From positions 78,074 through 142,073 of the forward strand of contig CAWKAR010000050.1 of assembly GCA_963847625.1 (NCBI GenBank): a stretch of DNA of 64,000 nucleotides. Reading direction: 5' to 3'. Every line of letters begins with the position of its first letter. Position 1 is the stretch's first letter. The position numbers and the translations under genes were made by a program. This document shows positions 30,048 to 41,276 of the stretch, piece by piece. The notes beneath the pieces were generated by a model. It did no database searches and was not told the DNA's origin. It saw nothing but the letters and a program-made list of their open reading frames with translations. The stretch is from a candidate division FCPU426 bacterium. GTDB taxonomy: Bacteria; Oederibacteriota; Muellerivitia; Muellerivitales; Muellerivitaceae.

Positions 30048-30227
30048 AATCCGGGACTTTCCTGTTTTCTCGAAAAAACCTTCCAAAATCCTTAACCGCT
30101 GCGATTAGAAATAACCCATTCTCGTCATTATCAAACACACAACCATGGGCAACTAACTAAAAAGCCCGCCCATTCAATAGTATTATTCCCGGGGCATGGG
30201 CCGGAATGACGGTAAAAGAGAAGCCGG

Positions 30228-30602
30228 TCAGCTGGGGGTTTTAGGACTCGCGGGAGTGGAAGCAGGCGTGGCGGCGGCGGTGGGGGGAGCATTGGTGGTA
30301 CGGGTCATCACCAACTGGTGGGTTTCGAACTGTTTGGTGTTTTCCACCATGATCTCAACGGAATCGATGGAGGTCCAGGGAGCGAAATACAGGCGATGAT
30401 CGGTGTCTTTTTCCCTCGGGACTTCCCGGAGAGAGATCGTGTCGGCTTTTTCCGTGAAGAACCGGCCCCAAAGCCAAAGACCGGTTTCATCGCGTTGAAG
30501 AACCTGGCCCCGAAAAATAGGTGTTTCCGCCTTGCCTCCGCCGGGCCTAGCTTCCTTCCAAATCACCCGGACGTGATGGCCGACCAACTGGTAATCCGAC
30601 AT
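30228..30602 (-). CDS. Hypothetical protein (possible Sm/SH3-like barrel)
   Basis: AAGGAG Shine-Dalgarno; beta-rich pattern with a Pro/Thr tail. Confidence 0.6.
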   Translation of the reverse strand: MSDYQLVGHHVRVIWKEARPGGGKAETPIFRGQVLQRDETGLWLWGRFFTEKADTISLREVPREKDTDHRLYFAPWTSIDSVEIMVENTKQFETHQLVMTRTTNAPPTAAATPASTPASPKTPS

Positions 30603-30936
30603 GGATTCTCCTTGGAATACAGGGATTTAAATTCTTGGTTTTGAATGCCTGATGACATTCAGGATAGGCGCTTCACCTTGAATTGACAACGTGTAAGCTT
30701 TCAGGGTGTCGTTGCTGATGGAAAAAAACGGGGTTGTCGTTCCCATAAGGAAACAAACCCTTAACCTTGTGACATTGTCATAAATGATCCCGGCTCTTCT
30801 GCCGAGAATTTGACTACCGGCGGGTGTTTTGGCCCGTTATCCACGCTTTCCGGAAAATCCAGGCTATAATCCGGAATGATTGAAAACTTGCCAATCCGGT
30901 CTTAAATTTTCTTAACCCATTTAAACCGGGTGAGTT

Positions 30937-32103
30937 ATGAAGGTAAACATGGCCTCAAAAAAAGATTATTACGATTTATTGGGCGTTTCACGAAACGCCA
31001 GTGCGGATGAGATTAAGAAAGCGTTCAGGGCCCTCGCCAAGAAATATCATCCAGACGCCAATCCCAATAACAAAGACGCCGAGGAAAAGTTCAAGGAAAT
31101 CAACGAGGCTTATGAGGTGTTGTCCGACCCCAAAAAGAAATCGGCTTACGACCAGTTTGGGCACGCCGGGGCAGGGGGTTTTTCCGGCGGTTACGGAGGC
31201 GGTTATCGCCCGCAAGATCCCGGAAACGCCGCCGATGCCGAGGATATATTCGGCGATGTTTTCAGTAGTTTTTTCGGCGGGGGCGGGGGCGTCCGCGCGG
31301 GTCCATCCCGGAGCCGAGCTGAAGCGGGGGAGGACCTTCGCTTTGACTTGGGGCTTACCTTTGAGGAAGCGGCTTTTGGAACCACCCGCGAGATCAAAAT
31401 CCGCAAATTGGCGGCATGCGACGTTTGCCATGGTTCCGGGGCGACGGCCGGTTCTGGGCGCGTGGTTTGCCCGGATTGCAAAGGGACAGGCCAGATCCGC
31501 CAATCCCAGGGGTTTTTCACTACCGCCAGGACTTGCGGCCGCTGCGGGGGCCAAGGGGAGACGCCGGGAACCCCTTGCCCGAACTGCCGGGGACAGGGGC
31601 GGCTGGAAAAAGACCGGGTGGTTACGGTGAAAGTCCCCGCGGGGGTGGAAGAGGGCGCCCGCCTCAGGATTCGCGGCGAGGGGGAAGCGGGCCAAAACGG
31701 CGGCCCGGCAGGGGATCTTTTCGTGTATCTTCATATCCAAAAGCATGATTTCTTCACAAGGGATGGAAGCGACCTTCATTGTGAAATCCCCATTACTTTT
31801 ATCCAGGCTGCGTTGGGCACTGAAATAGAAGTCCCCACCTTGGAAGGGCCGGTCAAAATGGTGATACCGGCGGGGACCCAATCCGGCAAAATCTTCCGCT
31901 TGAGGGAAAAAGGATTGAGGAATCCGCAAGACCACGGCTTGGGGAATTTATACGTGAAGGTCATGATGGAGGTGCCGACGAACCTGAATCCCGAGCAAAG
32001 GAAACAGTTGGAGACATTTGGGGCCATGACCAACGAAAGCAATACGCCCCTGATTGCCGGATTCATGAATAAAATGAAGAGGTTTTTTTACCGCAATAAT
32101 TGA
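30937..32103 (+). CDS. dnaJ: Chaperone DnaJ
   Basis: J-domain HPD, G/F region and four CxxCxGxG motifs. Start may be 30949. Confidence 0.97.
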   Translation: MKVNMASKKDYYDLLGVSRNASADEIKKAFRALAKKYHPDANPNNKDAEEKFKEINEAYEVLSDPKKKSAYDQFGHAGAGGFSGGYGGGYRPQDPGNAADAEDIFGDVFSSFFGGGGGVRAGPSRSRAEAGEDLRFDLGLTFEEAAFGTTREIKIRKLAACDVCHGSGATAGSGRVVCPDCKGTGQIRQSQGFFTTARTCGRCGGQGETPGTPCPNCRGQGRLEKDRVVTVKVPAGVEEGARLRIRGEGEAGQNGGPAGDLFVYLHIQKHDFFTRDGSDLHCEIPITFIQAALGTEIEVPTLEGPVKMVIPAGTQSGKIFRLREKGLRNPQDHGLGNLYVKVMMEVPTNLNPEQRKQLETFGAMTNESNTPLIAGFMNKMKRFFYRNN

Positions 32104-32218
32104 ATTTAGTTCCTCCGACCTGTTGCTTCAATAATTCATATCGAACTTTTGTAAAGGGTTATTCCTCGTTTAAAATACAGACGCGGGTTTGATCCTAACT
32201 TTTTGTCCTGGAGGCCTT

Positions 32219-32895
32219 ATGAAAATCCTGCGCTTCTTCCTATGGTTATTTCTCTTATTCCCGGCGGTTGCCGCCAGGCCCGCTTCGGCGGCGGACGGGG
32301 CCGTGGTCGCCCTGCCCGCGCCCAAGACCGACGGCAAGGTTTCACTTGAGAAGGCGCTCCAAAAACGCCGGTCGCTGAGGGAATTCTCAGCGGCGCCGCT
32401 CTCGCTCTCGGAAATCGGCCAGCTTTGCTGGGCCGCGCAGGGCACCACCGATTCCCAGGGCCACCGCACCGCGCCCTCGGCCAGGGCCCTCTACCCGCTC
32501 GAGCTTTACGTCATCGCGGCCTCGGTGAATGGCTTCCCCCCGGCCTCTACCGTTACGAGACCGCCGGGCATTCCCTCCGGGCGGTTAAAACCGGCGATAT
32601 CCGGGATGAATTCGTGAATAAGGCCATTGGGCAGGATTGGATCACTCAGGCTCCGGCCGTCTTCGTTATTACGGGCAAGGCCGCGAAAATGGCGGGGATG
32701 AAGGAACGAGGGAAACAATTCATGGCTGTGGAGACAGGGCTTGCTGCGCAGGGATTGCTCCTGGAGGAAACGGCCCTGGGGCTCGGCGGCACTTTTGTCG
32801 GCGGCTTCGACCCCTCCAAGGCGCGCGCGGTGCTCGGCCTCCCGGCGGAGGAAGAGGTGTTGGCCGTGCTTCCGGTGGGGAACAGGCCCAAGTAA
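32219..32895 (+). pseudogene. SagB/ThcOx-like nitroreductase, frameshifted at the C6 run 32536-32541
   Basis: RRSLREF and [13 protein letters not shown] are in one frame; GLYRY and ETG..AQ..L.ETALGLG are in another. Adding one C restores a 225-aa ORF. Confidence 0.8.
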
Positions 32896-32968
32896 GGAGA
32901 AGTCCCAGGTGTTTTCGATTTAAAGTGGGATGACCGTCTTGAAACAATCCATTAAAGAGGTAGGTCTT

Positions 32969-33334
32969 ATGCCAAAACTCTTGAAATCCCCGGCTGTGGT
33001 TCAATCGGTTGGGAACAAACCTAAACGGATCGAGGAATTCGTCGGCCGGGTCAATAACGGCACTCCGCAAGTCAGCATCGCCCGCATGGTAAGCCCCGGC
33101 GGCTGGGCCGAGCCAGGGCAAACCCCTGAATTCAACGAGTACACCCTGGTGCTGAAAGGCGGCTTAAGGTTGGAGACGAAGACGGGAACTTTGGAAGTGG
33201 GCCCGGGACAGGCCGTGATGGTGGAAAAGGGGGAGTGGGTCCGTTACAGCACGCCTAACCCCGAAGGAGCCGAGTATGTCTCGGTCTGCCTGCCGGCTTT
33301 CGGACCTGATCTAGTCCACCGCGATCCAGTCTAG
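32969..33334 (+). CDS. Cupin domain protein
   Basis: GWAEPGQTPEFNEYT and EWVRYSTP motifs. Confidence 0.88.
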   Translation: MPKLLKSPAVVQSVGNKPKRIEEFVGRVNNGTPQVSIARMVSPGGWAEPGQTPEFNEYTLVLKGGLRLETKTGTLEVGPGQAVMVEKGEWVRYSTPNPEGAEYVSVCLPAFGPDLVHRDPV

Positions 33335-33469
33335 GATCCCTTAAGTTATAGAGTCGGCAAGGAATTAAGAATAAAAGGATTGTCCAATCCGGGAACCCGC
33401 GTTGGACAAAGGTACAGCACATAAGAAAACTTAACATTCTAAGAATCTTCAATTTGGACGGAATTTCTA

Positions 33470-34162
33470 ATGGCCCTTAAAGCCGTTATCTTTGATTTAT
33501 TCGGGACATTGGTTTTCGATAAATTCTCCGGTAAGAAGTTCCCGCTTTTCCTTTCTCGTCAGGCGGCCCTATTAAATTTAAAAGAAGCTGAATTCTCATC
33601 CCTTTGGCTGGCCTCTTACCAGGATAGGGCCCTTGGAAAATTTGAAACCCTTCAGGACAACTTGCGGTGGATTGGGAACCAGCTGGGGCAGCCCTTGGAT
33701 CCTCCGGCTGTTGAAGATTCGGCTACGGCCATCGTGGAATTAACCCGGCAAGCATTGGCACCCCGCGCCCAGGCTGTTGAAGTCCTCTACCAAATACGGC
33801 TTATGGGGTTCAAAACAGGCTTGATCTCGGATTGCGGACCGGCTGTCCCCCTTGTCTGGAAAGAAACGTCTTTCGCGGGACTATTCGACGCCACCGTTTT
33901 TTCCTGCCGGGAAGGGCTGAAAAAACCCGACCCAAAGTTTTATCAAATTATCCTGGAACGCCTGGGTGTTCCGGCCCGAGAATGTCTTTACGTTGGGGAT
34001 GGTCACAGCGGGGAATTGGAAGGCGCGAAGGGAATGGGGATGAAGCCCGCCCTCATTTGGAGCGCCATCGACCCCGGCGAATCAGAACGGTTGATAGTGA
34101 AAGATTGGCAAGGGGCCACTTTGGTATCCTTGCCGGAAGTGGTATCTCTTCTGGGCTCGTAA
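33470..34162 (+). CDS. HAD-superfamily hydrolase
   Basis: IFDLFGTL, KPDP and YVGD motifs. Confidence 0.92.
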   Translation: MALKAVIFDLFGTLVFDKFSGKKFPLFLSRQAALLNLKEAEFSSLWLASYQDRALGKFETLQDNLRWIGNQLGQPLDPPAVEDSATAIVELTRQALAPRAQAVEVLYQIRLMGFKTGLISDCGPAVPLVWKETSFAGLFDATVFSCREGLKKPDPKFYQIILERLGVPARECLYVGDGHSGELEGAKGMGMKPALIWSAIDPGESERLIVKDWQGATLVSLPEVVSLLGS

Positions 34163-34295
34163 TGACCCGGGGATTTCATGTCCGCGACGGAGACCCATCG
34201 TGGCCAACCCCCAAAGCCAATCCCGAGCGTCAAAAGCTTGATATGCGTTAGAATGTCAATCTTCAACTATCCAGACTTGAGGGAATTGAACCCCC

Positions 34296-35099
34296 ATGGA
34301 ACCCATGATCGAAGTTCGCGGCCTCACCAAGAGCTTTAAGGAAGTCCGCGCCGTTCAAAACGTGAGTTTTGACGTTGCCCGGGGGGAATGTTTCGCCCTT
34401 CTGGGCCCGAACGGCGCCGGAAAAAGCACCACCATCAAGATGCTCATCACCCTGCTTTCCCCGGACTCGGGAGAGGCGCGGGTGAACGGTTTTTCCCTGA
34501 GGCAAGAACCTTCACACGTCCGCGAATCCATCGGTTATGTTCCCCAATCCCTGTCGGTGGACGGCGCCCTGACGGGCAGGGAAAACCTCATGATTTTCGG
34601 CAGGCTTTACGGGCTGGGAAACGCCCAACTGAAAGAAAGGGTCCCGCGCATCCTGGCCATGATGGACTTAACCGAGGCGGCCAACCGGCCCGTGGCCCAC
34701 TATTCTGGCGGTATGGTGCGGCGCCTGGAAATCGGCCAGTCCATTTTGCACCGTCCGGCGGTGGTGTTTTTGGACGAACCCACCGTGGGCCTGGACCCGG
34801 TGGCCCGCAACACCCTCTGGGGGCACATCCGGGAACTGCGCAAGGAATACGGAACAACCATATTGATGACCACCCATTACATGGAGGAAGCCCAGGAATT
34901 GTGCGACCGCATCGCCATCATGAACCGGGGGCGCATCGAGGTGATGGGCACGCTGAATGAATTACGCCGGAAGGCCCGTATGCCCCGGGCTTCCATGGAC
35001 GATCTGTTCGTGCATTTCGTGGGGTCGTTCGAATCCGACGAGCAAGGAGGCTTGGCCCATGTCAAACGCAGCCGCCGTATCGCCAAAAGACTCGGTTAA
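34296..35099 (+). CDS. ABC exporter ATP-binding subunit (DrrA-like)
   Basis: GPNGAGKS, YSGGM and LDEPT motifs. Confidence 0.95.
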   Translation: MEPMIEVRGLTKSFKEVRAVQNVSFDVARGECFALLGPNGAGKSTTIKMLITLLSPDSGEARVNGFSLRQEPSHVRESIGYVPQSLSVDGALTGRENLMIFGRLYGLGNAQLKERVPRILAMMDLTEAANRPVAHYSGGMVRRLEIGQSILHRPAVVFLDEPTVGLDPVARNTLWGHIRELRKEYGTTILMTTHYMEEAQELCDRIAIMNRGRIEVMGTLNELRRKARMPRASMDDLFVHFVGSFESDEQGGLAHVKRSRRIAKRLG

Positions 35100-35877
35100 G
35101 CGCCGTTCAGCTCCACTTCTTTATCTTTACCATGTGAGTGTCATCATCGAATTGGAAACCCTCAAAATCACGAAAGACCCCACGGAAGTCCTTTCCCGGA
35201 GCATCCAGCCGGTCATTTGGCTCCTGTTATTCGGAGAGGCTTTCAGCCGCATGAAAGCCGTACCGGTGGCGGGGGGGGATTACATGGCCTTCCTCACCCC
35301 GGGCATCCTGGCCCAGTCCATCACTTTCGTTTCCATCTTCAATGGATTGTCCATCATCTGGGAAAGGGACATGGGGCTGTTGCAGAAAATCCTTACCACG
35401 CCGATTGAGCGTTCCGCGCTGGTCCTGGGAAAGATGCTGGCTTCCACCGTCCGGTCCCTGTGCCAGTTGGTGGTGGTGCTGATCGTGGCCTTTTTCCTGG
35501 GCATCCACCTGCAATGGAGCCCGGGCCGGGTCGCCGGTCTTTTGGGGTTTGTCATCCTGGGGTCGGCCTTTTTTTCCGGGCTCTCCATGGTGATCGCGTC
35601 GATCGTGAAGACCCGGGACCGCATGATGGGCATCGGCCAGTTGGTGACCATGCCGCTTTTTTTCGCCTCCAGCGCCCTCTATCCCATTTCCATCATGCCG
35701 GGCTGGCTCCAGATTTTCGCCAAGGCCAACCCCATGAGTTACCTCGTGGACGGCCTCAGGGGCCTTTTGTTGGACCCTTCTTACGCTCATGGTTTGCTGG
35801 ACGGAATGGTCCTGCTGGCCGCGTCGCTATTGGTCTGGGCCTTGGCCACGCATAAATACCCGAGTCTTTTGACTTAA
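35059..35877 (+). CDS. ABC-2 type permease
   Basis: Six TM segments; WERDMG and NPMSY motifs; GGAGG before ATG 35059. Confidence 0.92.
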   Translation: MSNAAAVSPKDSVKRRSAPLLYLYHVSVIIELETLKITKDPTEVLSRSIQPVIWLLLFGEAFSRMKAVPVAGGDYMAFLTPGILAQSITFVSIFNGLSIIWERDMGLLQKILTTPIERSALVLGKMLASTVRSLCQLVVVLIVAFFLGIHLQWSPGRVAGLLGFVILGSAFFSGLSMVIASIVKTRDRMMGIGQLVTMPLFFASSALYPISIMPGWLQIFAKANPMSYLVDGLRGLLLDPSYAHGLLDGMVLLAASLLVWALATHKYPSLLT

Positions 35878-35903
35878 CCCGCATTAAATTCAAGGAGGGA
35901 AGT

Positions 35904-36578
35904 ATGGCACAAGAAATCAAGACCATCGATTTAGGCATGGTGAATTGTTACCTGGTGAAAACCGACAGGGGTTTTATCCTGATCGACACGGGGATGGCTA
36001 ATCACCGCGCTGCGCTGGAGAAAGCGCTGGCGGAAGCGGGGTGCGCCGAGGGGAACCTCCAACTGATCATTCTCACGCACGGGGACATGGATCACACCGG
36101 CAACGGCGCCTATCTTCGGGGGAAATATAAAACGAAGACCGCCATGCATCCGGGCGACGCCCAGATGTGCTCCAGCGGGCAGATGCGGTGGAACCGGAAG
36201 ATCACGTCCCTTTTCCACAGGGTCTTTTTCGGGGTGATGTTCAAACTGGTGATGGGGCCTCGTTTGAAGAAGAATCCATTTGAGACTTTCACGCCGGACC
36301 TGTTGCTGAAAGACGGGCAGAGCCTGGCCGAGTACGGTTTTGACGCCAAGGTGCTTCACGTGCCGGGGCACACCCAGGGTTCGATCGTGATTTTGACGGC
36401 GGACGGCCGGATGATCTGCGGGGATACCTTCCAGGCCCGGGAAAAACCATCCATCACTTATATCGTCGAAAACGAGGCTGAATTGGCGGCCAGCGTTGAA
36501 AGACTCAAAAAGCTGGAGGTCAAGACCGTCTATCCGGGGCACGGGAAACAGTTTCAAATGGTTGAGTTGTTCAAATAA
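35904..36578 (+). CDS. Metallo-beta-lactamase-fold hydrolase
   Basis: THGDMDH, PGHTQG, GD and PGHG motifs. Confidence 0.92.
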   Translation: MAQEIKTIDLGMVNCYLVKTDRGFILIDTGMANHRAALEKALAEAGCAEGNLQLIILTHGDMDHTGNGAYLRGKYKTKTAMHPGDAQMCSSGQMRWNRKITSLFHRVFFGVMFKLVMGPRLKKNPFETFTPDLLLKDGQSLAEYGFDAKVLHVPGHTQGSIVILTADGRMICGDTFQAREKPSITYIVENEAELAASVERLKKLEVKTVYPGHGKQFQMVELFK

Positions 36579-36639
36579 AATGCCGGTAACGTAAAACGGG
36601 TTTTGAATTGAAACCTCATTTTAAAAAAAGGAGTCTCCC

Positions 36640-37611
36640 ATGGAATATACCCGATTAGGCCGCGCCAGGCTCTCTGTGAGCCGCCTCTGCCTGGGAACGA
36701 TGAATTTCGGTCCCGTCACGCCCGAATCCGACAGCTTCGCCATCATGGACAGGGCACAGGATCTCGGCATCAATTTCTTCGACTCGGCCAATGTTTACGG
36801 CTGGAAGAAGGGGGAGGGCGTGACCGAGCAGATCCTCGGGCGGTGGTTCGCCCAGGGCGGCGGCCGCAGGGAAAAAACGGTGCTCGCCACCAAAGTCTAC
36901 GGGGACATGGGCGACTGGCCCAACACTTCCCGCCTGTCGGCCCTCCACATCACCAAGGCCTGCGAGGACAGCCTTAAGCGCCTGAAGACCGACTACATCG
37001 ACCTCTACCAGATGCACCACGTGGACCTGGAGGCGCCCTGGGAGGAAGTCTGGCAGGCCATAGAAAACCTAGTCCGGGCGGGCAAGGTGCTCTACGTGGG
37101 GAGCAGTAATTTCGCGGCGTGGAACATCGTGCAGGCCAACGAGGCGGCGAGGAACAGGCATTTCATGGGTCTTATCTCGGAACAAAGCCACTACAACCTC
37201 AAGACCCGCATGGTCGAGCTCGAGGTTCTGCCCGCCTGCCGCGCCTACGGTTTGGGCGTCATCCCCTGGAGCCCCCTGGCCGGCGGTTTGCTGGGAGGCG
37301 TCCTGAAAAAAGCCAATGAAGGGCGGCGCAAGGACCCGAGGGTGCAAAACGAGTTGAAGGCGAACCATGCCAAGTACGCGGCCTGGGAAAAGCTGTGCGC
37401 GCGCCTGCATGAGGAACCCGCGAACGTGGCCCTGGCCTGGCTTCTGCATCAGGAGGGTGTGACCGCGTCCATTATCGGGCCGCGCACCATGGCCCAGCTC
37501 GAAGGGAGCCAGCGGGCGCTCAAGATCAAGCTCTCCCCCGACACGCTGAAGAAAATCGACGCAATTTTTCCGGGCCCGGGAGGCGCGGCGCCTAAAGCGT
37601 ACGCGTGGTAA
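36640..37611 (+). CDS. Aldo/keto reductase
   Basis: LCLGTMNFG, DSANVY, LATK, DYIDLYQMH and PWSPLAGG motifs. Confidence 0.95.
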   Translation: MEYTRLGRARLSVSRLCLGTMNFGPVTPESDSFAIMDRAQDLGINFFDSANVYGWKKGEGVTEQILGRWFAQGGGRREKTVLATKVYGDMGDWPNTSRLSALHITKACEDSLKRLKTDYIDLYQMHHVDLEAPWEEVWQAIENLVRAGKVLYVGSSNFAAWNIVQANEAARNRHFMGLISEQSHYNLKTRMVELEVLPACRAYGLGVIPWSPLAGGLLGGVLKKANEGRRKDPRVQNELKANHAKYAAWEKLCARLHEEPANVALAWLLHQEGVTASIIGPRTMAQLEGSQRALKIKLSPDTLKKIDAIFPGPGGAAPKAYAW

Positions 37612-37885
37612 AAATAACCTTTGATGTCGTTTAGTGAGACCGGGGGAAAACTAAGTCACTCAGCGATGTGAGGTTTTAATAACGAGGATGACATCCGGGA
37701 ACCCCGAAAAGTCCATAAAAAGGGTCTTTTTCAACGGTCTGTTATTGTTTTTTCCCGTTATTTTCACGAGAATTTTGTCGTAAAATACTCGCCTGTTTTT
37801 CACAATCCAATTCGATTCCGACAACACCTTTCTCCTCCCCCTCCGGAATAATGAGTTTGTTATTTTCACTTTGAACGGGTAATCC

Positions 37886-39778
37886 ATGAGCCTTCGTTCG
37901 ATGTTTAGCGCTGTTTCAGGCCTCCAATCCGACAGCAACTGGTTGGACGTGATTGGGAACAACATCTCGAACACGAACACCGTCGGGTATAAATCCAGCC
38001 GGGTGGGGTTCGCCGACCAATACAGCCAGAGCCTGTTCGGGGGGTCGGGGGATAACACTTCCAACGGCTTAGGGGGGGTCAATCCGATGGAAGTCGGATT
38101 GGGCACGAGATTGGAGTCCATTGAAACCCTCTTTACCCAAGGGGTGACCCAATCCACAGGGAATCCCTTGGATGTTTCCATCCAAGGGAATGGTTTCCTC
38201 CTGGCCAAGCAGGACGGCAACACCTACCTGACCCGGTCGGGCGTTCTCAGTTTCGACAGCCAGGGGTACCTGACCGACCAGAACGGGGGGCTGATCCAGG
38301 GTTATAGCTCTTCCCTCCAAGAACAAACGACAGTCATCAACTCATTCTCCAACATCCCCGGATCGCCCGCGGTGACCATCAGTTCTTCCCTGGTAGTCGA
38401 TAGCAGCAATCCCACCAGCATCTCGAATATTCAGATCAGTAACAACTTGGTTTTACCTGCCAAACCCACGACCGAGATTGATTTCCAGGGGAACCTGGAC
38501 TCTTTACAACAGGCCGCCAATCCCGGAGGAATCCTGGACATGGCCCCCGGGGGACAGCCGGTTCTTCCAATCGCGTGGAACGCCTACTTTTTTCCGCCGG
38601 GAATCGCGATGGACTCCACCCGTTTGGTGCCGACAGTCATTCCAGGCGGGGGATACCCCAACTTTGGCCAGGATTTCGCCTTCCAGCAAGTCAGTAATCT
38701 TTCCGCGACCGTGGCCTTTCCCATCTTGAACGGGGGCATTGACTTGGCCGGGATGATTGGATTGGGCGGTAATTACGCCTGGGAACAGCAACCCCCCATG
38801 CCTCCCGCCGACCAGGCTGCGATCCAGGTTTACGATTCCCTGGGAAATCCCCGGCAGATCACCCTGCAGTTCTACCAGATCGACGATCTTGGGGGAGGGG
38901 GCGTCAATAATCCCGCCGGCCCCAACCAGGTCTGTTACGCCTGGTACGCCTTCGATACGACCGGCGGAGTCCCGGTCAAGACATCGAACCTTTTGGGAGG
39001 AACGGGTATCGTCGAAGGCGAGCAATTGCCGCCCTTCAACAGTTGGGTTTACGACCGTGGGATCCCAAACAACATCTACATGGGGGATTTCGTTTGGTTC
39101 AACACCGACGGCTCCCTGGCTACCACCGGAGGAAGCGGGGGGCCGGACAATACCCCGCCGGGCGTTCCCAATTTCATGACGGTTCCGCGCCTGTACCTGC
39201 CGCCATTCAACACCAACCCGGCCACTTCCCCCCTGCCCACCCAGGGCGCGGGAATCGATGCCATCAGTCTTAATTTCGGTGCTTTCGGTGTTTTAGGCAC
39301 GGGGCGGCGCAACGGCCTCTATAGCGACGCGGAGGGAAGCTACCAGATCGTCAACGGGATCAGTACTTATGTCCCCAAGTCGACCGCCGCGGCCGTCTCG
39401 CAAAACGGGTATCCGGACGGGCTCCTTCAAAGCATGGATTTCCAGGAGGACGGGGTCCTGATGGGCAGTTTCTCGAACGGGCAAAAAACCGCCCTCGCCC
39501 AAGTGGCCCTGGCCAACGTCGAGAATGCCGAAGGGCTTGATAAGGTGGGGAGCAATTATTTTTCAACCTCGACCAATACCGGGGAATTCATCTTGGGCGT
39601 GGCGGGGAAGAACGGGTTCGGGTTGGTGCAAGGCGGGACCCTGGAAAGGTCCAACGTCGACCTTTCCACCGAAATGGTCAGCCTGATCCAGGCTCAACGG
39701 AGTTTCAACTCCAACGCCCGGGCGATGGCGTCTACGGTGGAAACCATGAGCACCCAGGAAAAGCTGGGCCAGCAATAA
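37886..39778 (+). CDS. flgE: Flagellar hook protein FlgE-like with large central insert
   Basis: AVSGL..DVIGNNISNTNTVGYK, F.QG..TGNPLDVSIQG.GF and LERSNVDL..QAQR motifs. Confidence 0.85.
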   Translation: MSLRSMFSAVSGLQSDSNWLDVIGNNISNTNTVGYKSSRVGFADQYSQSLFGGSGDNTSNGLGGVNPMEVGLGTRLESIETLFTQGVTQSTGNPLDVSIQGNGFLLAKQDGNTYLTRSGVLSFDSQGYLTDQNGGLIQGYSSSLQEQTTVINSFSNIPGSPAVTISSSLVVDSSNPTSISNIQISNNLVLPAKPTTEIDFQGNLDSLQQAANPGGILDMAPGGQPVLPIAWNAYFFPPGIAMDSTRLVPTVIPGGGYPNFGQDFAFQQVSNLSATVAFPILNGGIDLAGMIGLGGNYAWEQQPPMPPADQAAIQVYDSLGNPRQITLQFYQIDDLGGGGVNNPAGPNQVCYAWYAFDTTGGVPVKTSNLLGGTGIVEGEQLPPFNSWVYDRGIPNNIYMGDFVWFNTDGSLATTGGSGGPDNTPPGVPNFMTVPRLYLPPFNTNPATSPLPTQGAGIDAISLNFGAFGVLGTGRRNGLYSDAEGSYQIVNGISTYVPKSTAAAVSQNGYPDGLLQSMDFQEDGVLMGSFSNGQKTALAQVALANVENAEGLDKVGSNYFSTSTNTGEFILGVAGKNGFGLVQGGTLERSNVDLSTEMVSLIQAQRSFNSNARAMASTVETMSTQEKLGQQ

Positions 39779-40129
39779 AGCTTACCCTATCATAGTGCCA
39801 CCTATCCACATCCCGTTAATACCTAGGTTTTCCACTGCTATCACCTGTCTAAACCCCGTAACCCAGTTCACGTGGCCGTTGACCTGCCCGCATTTGCCGG
39901 AAACACTGCCCGCAGGTGCCGGGTTGCCTGTCGCTCTTGAACTCGAGAAAGTGCCATTGTTTGTTTACGGCACATCCGGGTTAAAGTGATGCATGATGCA
40001 CCTCTGGTTCAGAGCGGCCGTGGGCCCTGGCGCGGGGCTGACTGGTCTTTCTTCTGGGTGTGTCATTGCTTCAAGGGCTGGGCTCCGATATCCTTAGAGC
40101 GCTTGATAAATCCATGAGGGGGGAAAATC

Positions 40130-40744
40130 ATGAACATTCCAAACAAAGGACGGATAAGCCTTTTGGTTTTGTTTTCACTGGGCGCCTTGTTTTTTTCCGG
40201 CTGCGCCCCTGCGGTGAAGCAGATCAAAGAATTAGTCGCTTTTTCCAAGTGTCAGTTCAGGATGGTCTCGGTGGAAAAAACGACCTTGGCCGCCTTCGCC
40301 CTCCAAGGCGGCCAAATTATCGACATCGAACCCTACACCCTGATGAACCTCCAGCAGGCCTATACAGCGGGCTCCTTGCCGCTCCAATTCACGCTCAACC
40401 TGGAGGTGAAGAACCCGAACGCCTTCCCGGCAGGCATGAACCGCATGGATTGGATCCTCTTGCTGGACAACAACCAAGTGGCTTCCGGCATGTTGGAGCC
40501 ATCCATGGAAATCCCCCCCAACAACGGGACCAAGACCTTTCCCCTCGTCGTCAGCTTTGACCTGGTCAAGGCGCTTTCGGGGAAAACCTTGGATTCAATG
40601 GTCAACCTGGCCATGAACATAGCCGGGAAGGGAACCTGGCCGTCCCAGGTGACTTTCCAGGTTAAACCCGGCATCTTGATCGAGGGCCAAATGTTGGAAT
40701 ATCCCGGCTATGTCACAGTCAGCCAAGATTTCCCCGCGCAATAA
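40130..40744 (+). CDS. LEA_2/WHy-like lipoprotein
   Basis: Lipobox FFSGC; EVKNPN motif. Confidence 0.75.
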   Translation: MNIPNKGRISLLVLFSLGALFFSGCAPAVKQIKELVAFSKCQFRMVSVEKTTLAAFALQGGQIIDIEPYTLMNLQQAYTAGSLPLQFTLNLEVKNPNAFPAGMNRMDWILLLDNNQVASGMLEPSMEIPPNNGTKTFPLVVSFDLVKALSGKTLDSMVNLAMNIAGKGTWPSQVTFQVKPGILIEGQMLEYPGYVTVSQDFPAQ

Positions 40745-41276
40745 AGCTGAAAAGACGGGAAATTTTTCCCGCGGGAAAAATTTAAAAAAGCACTTCTTCA
40801 TTTTTTCTGCCGGGATCATAGCTGTCTAAATTAGCCGAAATCGAAGACGGCTTGTTTGGGGATTGGGAAGCCGTCCCATGAGACCCTGAAGGGCTGGTTG
40901 AGCCAATCACCTACTGCCTTGGCGGGCTTTTTCATAGGCGACCCCTTGTTCCCACCCATCAACAGCCAAGCGAGTGAGCCCATTCAGCCTTCCATCACCG
41001 TTTCTTCGTCCCCGGAGCAAGCGCAAATCCCCCGAAAGAAACCTGGCCCTCCGGCCTGAAAAACCTGTTCAAGAAGCTGATTGAAGACTAAGGGAATGGG
41101 TTTACCGGACCCCAACCGGGGTTCCTAGAGCCCCCATGGGAAATCAAACAGTTACCGGCGAATCGGGTTAAAGATTCGTAGGATTAGGCAAGTATTTTAA
41201 CGCCCCATTTCCTATCATTCTCCCATGACGCTAAGGAAATCCTCGAAGCCATAACGTTAGAAAAGGAAAGCCGGCA

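Noticed and set aside
30603..30936. CIRCE or heat-shock operon context for dnaJ; 39-aa minus-strand ORF
   Set aside because: No TTAGCACTC-N9-GAGTGCTAA and no dnaK/grpE nearby; the small ORF has no supporting features.
37780..37825. Sigma-28 promoter for flgE
   Set aside because: TCCGACAA lacks a TAAA at 15-bp spacing.
39790..40060. Possible 6S RNA or riboswitch after flgE
   Set aside because: Only local hairpins; I could not build the long 6S rod or a known aptamer by eye. An Rfam scan would settle it.
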